From: Clostridiales bacterium | GTDB lineage: Bacteria; Bacillota; Clostridia; Peptostreptococcales; Anaerovoracaceae | NCBI GenBank assembly: GCA_022773945.1 | Contig: JALFNS010000018.1 | Span: 2,960 to 66,959 of the forward strand | DNA length: 64,000 bases | Direction: 5' to 3' | Shown: positions 32,125-40,265 of the stretch, piece by piece | Numbering within the stretch: position 1 is the stretch's first letter | Layout: the number at the start of each line of letters is the position of its first letter | Notes under the pieces: generated by a model | Told to the model about the DNA's origin: nothing | The model's database searches: none | What the model saw: the letters and a program-made list of their open reading frames with translations, nothing else | Program-made: the position numbers and the translations under genes

Positions 32125-33011
32125 TGGAGCTTTATTCACCGAAGACAATTGAAGATATCAGGCGCAGATACGGATTCAGTCTGTCGAAGAGCCTGGGGCA
32201 GAATTTCCTGACCGACGGAAACATTATCCGCGACATTATAGAAGGTGCGGATATAGGTGAGGATGATCTGGTTGTGGAAATCGGCCCCGGACTGGGAGTA
32301 CTTACTGCGGCGGCTGCGGAGAAGGCGGCCTCTGTTGTGGCGCTGGAAATTGACAGCCGGCTCATCCCTATACTGGAGGAGACTCTGGGAGGCTTCGACA
32401 ACGTGGAAGTCATCGAGGGCGATGTGCTGAAGACGGATATTAACGAAATAATCCGCAGGAAGCGCCGCGAGGAGGCATTCACGGGCAAGGTGAGGGTTAT
32501 AGGCAATCTGCCCTATTACATAACAACACCGATAATCATGAATCTTCTGGAGAACCGGGTTGAAGCGGATACCATCACCGTGATGATGCAGAAGGAAGTG
32601 GCCGACAGAATAAATTCCGGGCCGGGAACGAAGAGCTACGGAGCGATATCCGTGGCAGTTCAGTACTACTGCACCGTCAGCAAGGTGATGAACGTGCCCG
32701 CGTCGGTTTTCGTGCCGCGGCCGAAGGTGGATTCCGCGGTTCTCAATCTGACACTGAGGGAAGAAATGCCTGTGGAACTCAGAGACCGGGAGCTCTTTTT
32801 CAGATGCGTCAGAGCCGGCTTCGGACAGAGGCGCAAAACCCTCAGCAACTCCCTTACGGGGGTAGGGGGTCTGGAGAAGAATGATATTGCAGAGATTCTC
32901 CGCAGAACGGATACGGATCCGCGGAGAAGAGCTGAGACACTTGACATTGGAGAATTCGCGGCAATAGCCAATGCTGCTTACGATTACCTGGCGGAGCGGG
33001 AGACGAATTAA
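32124..33011 (+). CDS. rsmA: 16S rRNA dimethyladenosine transferase RsmA (KsgA)
   Basis: KSLGQNFL, VEIGPGLG, GNLPYYITTPI and RRAETL motifs. ATG at 32124 overlaps the rnmV stop. Confidence 0.97.
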   Translation: MELYSPKTIEDIRRRYGFSLSKSLGQNFLTDGNIIRDIIEGADIGEDDLVVEIGPGLGVLTAAAAEKAASVVALEIDSRLIPILEETLGGFDNVEVIEGDVLKTDINEIIRRKRREEAFTGKVRVIGNLPYYITTPIIMNLLENRVEADTITVMMQKEVADRINSGPGTKSYGAISVAVQYYCTVSKVMNVPASVFVPRPKVDSAVLNLTLREEMPVELRDRELFFRCVRAGFGQRRKTLSNSLTGVGGLEKNDIAEILRRTDTDPRRRAETLDIGEFAAIANAAYDYLAERETN

Positions 33012-35003
33012 ATGAAGAAGATTAAATCAGCAGTCAGGTTTCTCTATGAGAGATATCCCCTGATGCTGCTAATAATAGCTGTAATACTGACGTTAATAAT
33101 AGAGACACTGGGAAGGCACTCCTTTATCGGGGCGGTTTCTTTCATGTGCATGCACCCGCTGGTGTTTATATGCAACATGCTCCTGATATATGTGGTGATA
33201 AGCCTGTCCCTGTTTTTCAGGAGGCGCATATTCGCCACATGCATGCTGTCCCTCACCTGGCTGGCCGTGGGAATAACCAACGGCGTGGTGCTGGCGAACA
33301 GAATGACGCCTTTTAACGTGAAGGACATGAGCAACCTGGAGGAAGGGGCCCAGATAATAACCAACTACTTCAACACGGTGACCATAATAATCGCCTGTGT
33401 TGCCGTGGGACTTCTGGTGCTGGGAGCCATTGTGCTCTTCAGGAAGACACCTAAGCTTGAGGGCAAGCTCAACTACAAGAGAATAACAGCCATTGTTATA
33501 GTTATAATCGTGGCTACGGCAGGCGCCATAGAGGGAGGCATGAAGACAGGAGTACTTGACACCTTCTTCGCCAATCTGGCTTACGCCTACAGAGACAACG
33601 GTGTGGCCTACTCCTTCCTCATAACCTGGATCAAGACGGGAATAGACAAGCCGGCGGACTACTCCGCAGAAAGCATAGAAGGAATATTCACCGGGGGCGA
33701 GCTGGGAGATGACGGGGTATATACCCCGGGAGAAGATGACGATCTCACGGAAGCCGACGGCAGATGCCCGAACATCATATTCCTCCAGCTGGAATCCTTC
33801 ATGGATCCGGAGAGAATAAAAAATGTAAGATTCTCGCAGGATGCCATACCAAACTTCAGGAAGCTGGAGAAGACATGCTCCACAGGATATCTGGAGGTGC
33901 CTGCGGTGGGAGCGGGAACGGCCAATGTCGAATTCGAGGCGATTACAGGTGTCAGCGCCAGATTCTTCGGACCGGGCGAATATCCGTACAAGAGCGTGCT
34001 CACGGAGAACACCTGCGAGACGGTGCCTAACGACCTTAGACTGCTGGGATATTCATCCCATGCCATCCACAATCACAGAGGCGCATTCTACAACAGGAAC
34101 ACCGTGTTCAGGAACATGGGCTTCGATACTTTCAGCTGTCTGGAGTACATGAACAATGTGGTGAAAACTCCTAAGAACTGGGCCAAGGACGGCATACTGA
34201 CGGAGCAGATTCTCGATGCTCTCAACAGCACGGAAGGCAAGGACTATATATACACCATCTCCGTACAGGGTCACGGCAAGTACCCTACGGAGGAGGTTCT
34301 GGAGAATCCGGTAATAACCGTTACGGATGCACCGGATGAGGAGAGCAAGTGGGCCTGGGAATACTATGTCAACCAGGTTTATGAGATGGATATCTTCCTG
34401 GGAGAGCTGATAGAAGCTCTGGAGGATTACGACGAGGATATTGTTCTCGTGGCTTACGGAGACCACCTCCCTGCCCTCGATATAACGGAGGATCAGCTTG
34501 ACAACGGCAATCTCTATTCATCACAGTACATAGTTTGGAGCAACTTCGGCCTGACCAAGAGGGATGCGGATACGAGCACCTATGAGATAACGCCGCAGTT
34601 GCTGAAGCGACTGGGAATATCGGCGGGAATAATGACCAAGTTCCACCAGAATTACAGCGGTACACCGGACTATTCCGATAACCTGAAGGCACTCTCTTAT
34701 GACATGCTTTACGGCGACTATTACGTATGCGGGGGAAGCAACCCTTACGAAGCCACAGATATGAGGATGGGGGTCAAGCCTATTAAGATTGATGAGATTG
34801 TTCAGATTGGCGAGAAGTATTACATCAAGGGACAGAACTTCACGGAATACAGCAAGATTTCCCTGGACGGAGAGGTTCTGAAGACCGTTTATCTGGGACC
34901 TACCATACTGGCTCTCAATGAGGAGGTTAACCCTGAGGATGCCTCCAGAATGAAGGTGAGTCAGGTTGAGAAGAACAAGGAAGTTCTGAGCACGACGGAG
35001 TAA
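33012..35003 (+). CDS. LTA synthase family protein (membrane sulfatase/alkaline phosphatase superfamily)
   Basis: Five N-terminal TM segments; PNIIFLQLESF, GAGTANVEFE, HNHRGAFYNR and YGDHLP motifs. Confidence 0.88.
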   Translation: MKKIKSAVRFLYERYPLMLLIIAVILTLIIETLGRHSFIGAVSFMCMHPLVFICNMLLIYVVISLSLFFRRRIFATCMLSLTWLAVGITNGVVLANRMTPFNVKDMSNLEEGAQIITNYFNTVTIIIACVAVGLLVLGAIVLFRKTPKLEGKLNYKRITAIVIVIIVATAGAIEGGMKTGVLDTFFANLAYAYRDNGVAYSFLITWIKTGIDKPADYSAESIEGIFTGGELGDDGVYTPGEDDDLTEADGRCPNIIFLQLESFMDPERIKNVRFSQDAIPNFRKLEKTCSTGYLEVPAVGAGTANVEFEAITGVSARFFGPGEYPYKSVLTENTCETVPNDLRLLGYSSHAIHNHRGAFYNRNTVFRNMGFDTFSCLEYMNNVVKTPKNWAKDGILTEQILDALNSTEGKDYIYTISVQGHGKYPTEEVLENPVITVTDAPDEESKWAWEYYVNQVYEMDIFLGELIEALEDYDEDIVLVAYGDHLPALDITEDQLDNGNLYSSQYIVWSNFGLTKRDADTSTYEITPQLLKRLGISAGIMTKFHQNYSGTPDYSDNLKALSYDMLYGDYYVCGGSNPYEATDMRMGVKPIKIDEIVQIGEKYYIKGQNFTEYSKISLDGEVLKTVYLGPTILALNEEVNPEDASRMKVSQVEKNKEVLSTTE

Positions 35004-35021
35004 TCCGGGAAAGGAAGGGCC

Positions 35022-35582
35022 ATGCTGAAGAAGCGTATTCGGGTGCCGCGCCTTGAAACAGAGAGACTCATACTCAGAGAATGGACTCCGGCGGATGCGG
35101 AGGACCTCTATGAGTATGCCAGAGATCCCGATGTGGGACCTCACGCGGGGTGGAAGCCTCATGAGGATGTGCGGGAGTCAAGGAAGATAATCGATGAACT
35201 CTTCAGATCCAATGAGACCTGGGCTCTTGTCGAGAAGGAAAGCGGCAGAATAGTAGGAAGCATAGGTCTGGAGCAGGACAAATACAGACCTGAGATAAGA
35301 AGCCGTGAGATGGGATATTCTCTGGGCAAGGCTTATTGGGGCCGGGGATACATGACTGAAGCGGCGAAGAGGCTTATACACTATGCCTTCGAGGAACTGA
35401 AACTTGAGGTCCTCATGATACGAACGGGAGATGCCAACCTGAGGAGCCGCAGAGTCATAGACAAGTGCGGATTCACCTATGAGGGAACTCTCAGGAGGGC
35501 CTACAGATTATATGACGGCAGGCTGAGGGAGGTCCGCTGCTATTCCATGCTTAGAGAAGAATTTGAGGAGCTGTACAGATGA
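35022..35582 (+). CDS. GNAT N-acetyltransferase (RimJ/RimL family)
   Basis: LETERLILREW, MGYSLGKAYWGRGYMTEA and NLRSRRVIDKCGF motifs. Confidence 0.9.
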   Translation: MLKKRIRVPRLETERLILREWTPADAEDLYEYARDPDVGPHAGWKPHEDVRESRKIIDELFRSNETWALVEKESGRIVGSIGLEQDKYRPEIRSREMGYSLGKAYWGRGYMTEAAKRLIHYAFEELKLEVLMIRTGDANLRSRRVIDKCGFTYEGTLRRAYRLYDGRLREVRCYSMLREEFEELYR

Positions 35583-35624
35583 TTCTTGATAGATAGAGTC
35601 AGATGTGGTAATATTGTAAAGCGT

Positions 35625-36089
35625 ATGAGTAGATACATGCAGATGGCGCTTGATGAAGCCGCAAAGGCTGCGGAGGCGGGCGAGGTTCCCGTGGGCGCAG
35701 TTATTGTTCATGAAGACCGGGTGATTGCCAGAGCGCACAACCTGACCATAACACTGGGTGATCCCACAGCCCACGCCGAGATTCTCGCTATAAGAGAAGC
35801 GGCGAAGGCGATGGGCGGCTGGAGACTGCCGGGGTGCAGCATGTATGTTACGACAGAGCCATGTTCCATGTGCGCGGGAGCCATCGTTCACGCCAGAATA
35901 GGGAAGCTGTATATAGGAACTGCCGACCCGAAGACGGGTGCCTGCGGATCTCTGTATAATATCCCACAGGACAGAAGGCTGAACCATTACACGGAGATAG
36001 AGACGGGCATTATGAGAGAAGAGTGCTCACAGATACTGAAGGATTTCTTCAGAAAACTAAGACACGCAAAGGCGGAGGAAAAAGTATGA
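35625..36089 (+). CDS. tadA: tRNA-specific adenosine deaminase
   Basis: YMQMALDEA, GEVPVGAVIV, HAE and EPCSMC motifs. Start approximate. Confidence 0.93.
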   Translation: MSRYMQMALDEAAKAAEAGEVPVGAVIVHEDRVIARAHNLTITLGDPTAHAEILAIREAAKAMGGWRLPGCSMYVTTEPCSMCAGAIVHARIGKLYIGTADPKTGACGSLYNIPQDRRLNHYTEIETGIMREECSQILKDFFRKLRHAKAEEKV

Positions 36090-37006
36090 AAAAACTGAGT
36101 GCATTGGTGTGCATAATAATGATGACGTGCCTGCTGGCAGTACCTGTACTGGCAGGAGCGGATGCTGTTTCGGCAGAGACGAAGTCCTCACTGACAATAG
36201 AGGAGACCTCTCCGGAAGCGGGAAGTGACGGGGTTGCCGTTGACAATTTCAGTGTCAAGGTGCGCTTCAACAAGGATGTGCTTCCTGCAAGCAAGAAGGT
36301 CAGGAAGACCAATGCGAAACAGGTTAAAATGGTTGATTCCGAAGGAACGAGAATTCCTGTCAAGGTTTACTACAGCGACGAGGAGGAAGGACTGATCCTC
36401 ATCGCTGCCGACAACTTCGACAACAAGGACAAGCAGATAAAGGGAAATGAGGAGTATACGCTCACAGTCGGAGGCAAGTTCACGGCGACCGACGGAACGA
36501 CTCTGGGCAAGAAGGCCAGACTGGAGTACAAGACTCTGAACCAGCAGAGATCCACAGCTGTATATTTCGTGCTCATGCTCGTCATGATGGGCGGAATGAT
36601 ATTCTTCACCATGAAGAGTGCCAAGAAGGAGGCCGAGAAGGAAGCAAAGGCCGCACAGGAGCACGTGAACCCGTACAAGGAAGCCAAGAGGACAGGCAAG
36701 TCCGTTGAAGAGATAGTAGAGAAAGAGCAGAAGAAGAAGCTGAAGAAGGAGGAAGAGGAAGCCAAGCGCAGGGAATACCGTGAACAGCTTGAAGCGGAGG
36801 TTCTCGAGAAGATGAGAAAGGAATCCAACAAGCGCGTTTCGGCACCTAAATCCATTTCGACAGCAGGAAGCAGCTACAAGGTCAAGGTTGTAAGCTCCTC
36901 CGGAGAAGAACTGACACCGAAGGCCAGCGTCGCCGCAACCTACAAGAAAACTAAGACGGCCAAGAAACCGGTTAAGAAAAAGGGCGGCAAGAAGAAAAAG
37001 AAATAA
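36086..37006 (+). CDS. Membrane protein with signal peptide, Ig-like domain, TM helix and highly charged cytoplasmic tail
   Basis: MKKLSALVCIIMM signal peptide; SPEAGSDGV..VKVRFNK beta-rich domain; TM helix; K/E-rich tail. Confidence 0.7.
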   Translation: MKKLSALVCIIMMTCLLAVPVLAGADAVSAETKSSLTIEETSPEAGSDGVAVDNFSVKVRFNKDVLPASKKVRKTNAKQVKMVDSEGTRIPVKVYYSDEEEGLILIAADNFDNKDKQIKGNEEYTLTVGGKFTATDGTTLGKKARLEYKTLNQQRSTAVYFVLMLVMMGGMIFFTMKSAKKEAEKEAKAAQEHVNPYKEAKRTGKSVEEIVEKEQKKKLKKEEEEAKRREYREQLEAEVLEKMRKESNKRVSAPKSISTAGSSYKVKVVSSSGEELTPKASVAATYKKTKTAKKPVKKKGGKKKKK

Positions 37007-37012
37007 GCAGTC

Positions 37013-37041
37013 AAGGGCTGTCGCATTAAGCGGCAGCCTTT
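37013..37041 (+). terminator. Rho-independent terminator
   Basis: AAGGGCTGTCGC-ATTAA-GCGGCAGCCTTT. Confidence 0.75.
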
Positions 37042-37074
37042 ATTGTTACACAGGAGAGAAAACCGGAGGAAGAT

Positions 37075-38007
37075 ATGAAGAACGTACATCTTAAAGCCTA
37101 CGGGAAGATAAATCTGAGTCTGGACGTTAAGGGGCTCACCGATGACGGGTTTCATCTGGTTGAGATGATCATGCAGCAGATTCTTCTCTGCGATGAGGTC
37201 GATCTGAAATGGAGAGAAGGGGATGAGCCCTTCAGCATAAAACTGAAGACCAACAGACCCTATCTGCCTGTTGACGAGAGAAATCTGGCATACAAGGCGG
37301 CCCTCATGATGAGAGAAACCTATGCACCGGACATGAGAGGCAGTCTGGAGATAAACATCAGGAAGAGAATCCCCGTGGCGGCAGGCCTGGCGGGAGGAAG
37401 CAGCAACGGAGCTGCTGTGATTCACGGGCTGAATGTACTCTGGGACCTGGGCCTTGATATGGAGGAGCTCTGCGCTGCGGGCGCGCGCCTGGGTTCGGAT
37501 GTGCCCTTCTGCATAATGGGTCAGGCGGCGGAGAATCCGGAGCTGAAGAAAATCTTCGACGGAGACCCTCTGGCCTGTCACTGCGCACTGGCAACAGGTA
37601 CGGGCACGGAGCTCACACCGGTGAAGAAGGGACTGAGAAGTCATCTGGTTCTATCCAAGCCTCCTATCAGCGTATCCACTGCGGAGGTGTACCGGGGAAT
37701 AGATAATGAAGAGATTCCTCTGCGCCCCGATACGGATAAACTCCTCGAGGCTCTGGAAAAAAACAACAGAGATTCCATAAGAAAAAATATGGTAAATGTA
37801 CTTGAAAATTACACCCTTAAGAGGTATCCTATAGTTGTGTATACAAAGAACAAAGTTCAGTCTCTATGCGGCGAAGACGGAGTTCTTATGAGCGGGAGCG
37901 GCCCTACTGTATTCGGACTTTGCGACAGTATCAGCCAGTCGCGCCGGGTGTGCGAAGCGATGCTGCGGGAAAACAGGGAGAGCTTCTGGACTCGCACAAC
38001 ATTTTAG
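37075..38007 (+). CDS. ispE: 4-diphosphocytidyl-2-C-methyl-D-erythritol kinase
   Basis: AYGKINLSLDV, IPVAAGLAGGSS, LGSDVPFC and LMSGSGPTVF motifs. Confidence 0.95.
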   Translation: MKNVHLKAYGKINLSLDVKGLTDDGFHLVEMIMQQILLCDEVDLKWREGDEPFSIKLKTNRPYLPVDERNLAYKAALMMRETYAPDMRGSLEINIRKRIPVAAGLAGGSSNGAAVIHGLNVLWDLGLDMEELCAAGARLGSDVPFCIMGQAAENPELKKIFDGDPLACHCALATGTGTELTPVKKGLRSHLVLSKPPISVSTAEVYRGIDNEEIPLRPDTDKLLEALEKNNRDSIRKNMVNVLENYTLKRYPIVVYTKNKVQSLCGEDGVLMSGSGPTVFGLCDSISQSRRVCEAMLRENRESFWTRTTF

Positions 38008-38023
38008 AGAAAAGAGGGAATGA

Positions 38024-38695
38024 ATGTTGAACTTTGATATTCAGAATCACAAGCCACTTCGCGAGATGGTGTACGAAGAGCTTAAGATGCAGATCCTGAC
38101 AGGTGCCATTATCCCGGGAACAAGGATGATGGAGGTTGAGCTTGCCGAGGAAATGGGTGTCAGCAGAACTCCTATCAGAGAAGCCATAAGAAAGCTTGAG
38201 AAGGAGCATCTGGTGACCATAGAGCCCAGACGCGGCGCATATGCGTCCATGATATCAACAGAGGATATGGTGGAAATACTCGAGGTGAGACAGGATCTGG
38301 AGGGACTGGCGGCATTTTATGCAGCTTCGAGAATGAAACCGGAGCAGATGGAGGAGCTCAGATCCGAGCATGCGCTTTACAACGACGCAGTCGAGAAAGG
38401 TGACATGCAGGAGATGATTAAACACGATACCAGATTCCACAGAATTATCGTGGATTCCTGCCACAACAAGATACTGGTGCAGATGATAGAGCAGCTTCAG
38501 GAGCTGGTTCTCAGATTCAGGTACATATATTACGATAACTTCAAACGTGCTGAGAATATGCCGGAGGAGCATGAGAAGATTCTCAACGCCATCGCAAGCG
38601 GAGATGCGGATGAGGCAAGAGCGGCAGCGGATGTTCATATCGACAGACTCAAGGAGCTTGTAATTACAGAGGGCGTCCAGCAGCGGCACGTATAG
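38024..38695 (+). CDS. GntR-family (FCD) transcriptional regulator
   Basis: ELAEEMGVSRTPIREAIRKLE wHTH plus FCD domain; ispE-GntR synteny is common in Clostridia. Confidence 0.92.
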   Translation: MLNFDIQNHKPLREMVYEELKMQILTGAIIPGTRMMEVELAEEMGVSRTPIREAIRKLEKEHLVTIEPRRGAYASMISTEDMVEILEVRQDLEGLAAFYAASRMKPEQMEELRSEHALYNDAVEKGDMQEMIKHDTRFHRIIVDSCHNKILVQMIEQLQELVLRFRYIYYDNFKRAENMPEEHEKILNAIASGDADEARAAADVHIDRLKELVITEGVQQRHV

Positions 38696-38711
38696 AGGAA
38701 TGATTTTTCGG

Positions 38712-38739
38712 GCCCCGGCGGTAGCGTCGGGGCTTTTTT
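38712..38739 (+). terminator. Rho-independent terminator
   Basis: GCCCCGGCG-GTAG-CGTCGGGGC followed by a T-run. Confidence 0.8.
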
Positions 38740-38767
38740 ATAGAGACAGCAGGAAAGGAACGATTAT

Positions 38768-40264
38768 ATGATTAAGGATTACAGCAGGCTGCAGAACGGC
38801 AGCGATATCAGAGGTGTTGCCATAGAGGGAGTAGCAGGAGAGCCGGTGAATCTTGACAAGGAGGCGGCGTCACGAATAGGCGGAGCATTTATCAGATGGC
38901 TCGCGGCGAAAACAGGCAAGGCCCCGGAGACGCTGGTTGTGGGAGCAGGCAGAGACCCTCGACTCTCCGGACCGGAGCTCATGGAGGGACTCATGGCCGG
39001 TTTCTCCGCATTCGGGTGCAGAAGCTACGATTTCGGTCTGGCATCAACACCTGCCATGTTTATGGCAACCATATTCCCCGAGTTCGCCTGTGACGGAAGC
39101 ATTATGATAACGGCAAGCCACCTGCCTTATAACAGGAACGGCTTCAAGTTCTTCACGAGAGAAGGCGGACTTGAGAAGGCGGATATTAAAGAGATTCTCA
39201 GAATGGCAGGGGAGGGAGATTTCCCTCGGCCGGCAGAGCAGGCCGCGCCGGTGAGCGCCGATATTATAGAGCCTTATGCCGCTCATCTCAGGAAGCTCAT
39301 CATCGACGGCGCAGATCTGGGAGACAGACCGCTTGAGGGGCTGAAGATAACTGTGGATGCTGGCAACGGAAGCGGAGGCTTCTATGCAGGCAGAGTGCTG
39401 GAGCCTCTGGGGGCGGATGTGAGCTCGAGCCTCTATCTGGAGCCTGACGGCACCTTCCCGAATCACCAGCCGAACCCTGAGAACAAGGAAGCCATGGCGG
39501 CACTGTCCCGCGGAGTTCTCGAGTCGGGAGCCGACTTCGGCCTCATATTCGACACGGATGTGGACAGATCAGCAGCAGTTGACGGCAAAGGCAGAGAAAT
39601 TGCCAGAGACGGCATAGTGGCCATGGCATCGGCTCTGGTTGCTGAGGACTATCCGGGATCCACGGTGGTAACGGACAGCATAACGGGAAGACAGCTGACG
39701 GACTTTCTCGAAAACACACTGGGGCTCAGGCACCTGAGATTCAGGAGAGGCTACAGAAATGTAATTAACAAGGCTATCGAGCTTAACGAAGAAGGAGTGG
39801 ACAGCCACCTGGCCATTGAGACATCGGGACACGGTGCCTTCAAGGAGAATTACTTCCTGGATGACGGAGCGTATCTGGCCACGAGAATCACAGTCAAGGC
39901 GGCACGCCTCCACAGAGAGGGCAAAACCATCGACAGCCTCATAGAGAAACTGGAATACCCGGCCGAGGAGGAGGAAATCAGGATTCCTATAAGCGGAGAG
40001 GATTTCGGAGCCTACGGAGACAAGGTTCTGGAAGACCTTGAAGCCTTTGCGAGGGAAAAGGAGGGACTGTCGCTTGAGGAACCGAATTACGAAGGTGTGA
40101 GAATCAATTTCGGTGATTTCGGATGGTGCCTGCTGAGAAAATCCCTTCACGATCCGATCATGCCGCTGAATATAGCTTCCGATAAGGTCGGCGGGTGTAG
40201 CGAAATACGGGAAATTATGATAGAATTTCTCTCAGGGTATGAGAAGCTTGATACGGAGGTATAG
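38768..40264 (+). CDS. Phosphomannomutase/phosphoglucomutase
   Basis: NGSDIRG, ITASHLP (catalytic Ser), FDTDVDR and IETSGH motifs. Confidence 0.92.
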   Translation: MIKDYSRLQNGSDIRGVAIEGVAGEPVNLDKEAASRIGGAFIRWLAAKTGKAPETLVVGAGRDPRLSGPELMEGLMAGFSAFGCRSYDFGLASTPAMFMATIFPEFACDGSIMITASHLPYNRNGFKFFTREGGLEKADIKEILRMAGEGDFPRPAEQAAPVSADIIEPYAAHLRKLIIDGADLGDRPLEGLKITVDAGNGSGGFYAGRVLEPLGADVSSSLYLEPDGTFPNHQPNPENKEAMAALSRGVLESGADFGLIFDTDVDRSAAVDGKGREIARDGIVAMASALVAEDYPGSTVVTDSITGRQLTDFLENTLGLRHLRFRRGYRNVINKAIELNEEGVDSHLAIETSGHGAFKENYFLDDGAYLATRITVKAARLHREGKTIDSLIEKLEYPAEEEEIRIPISGEDFGAYGDKVLEDLEAFAREKEGLSLEEPNYEGVRINFGDFGWCLLRKSLHDPIMPLNIASDKVGGCSEIREIMIEFLSGYEKLDTEV

Positions 40265-40265
40265 T

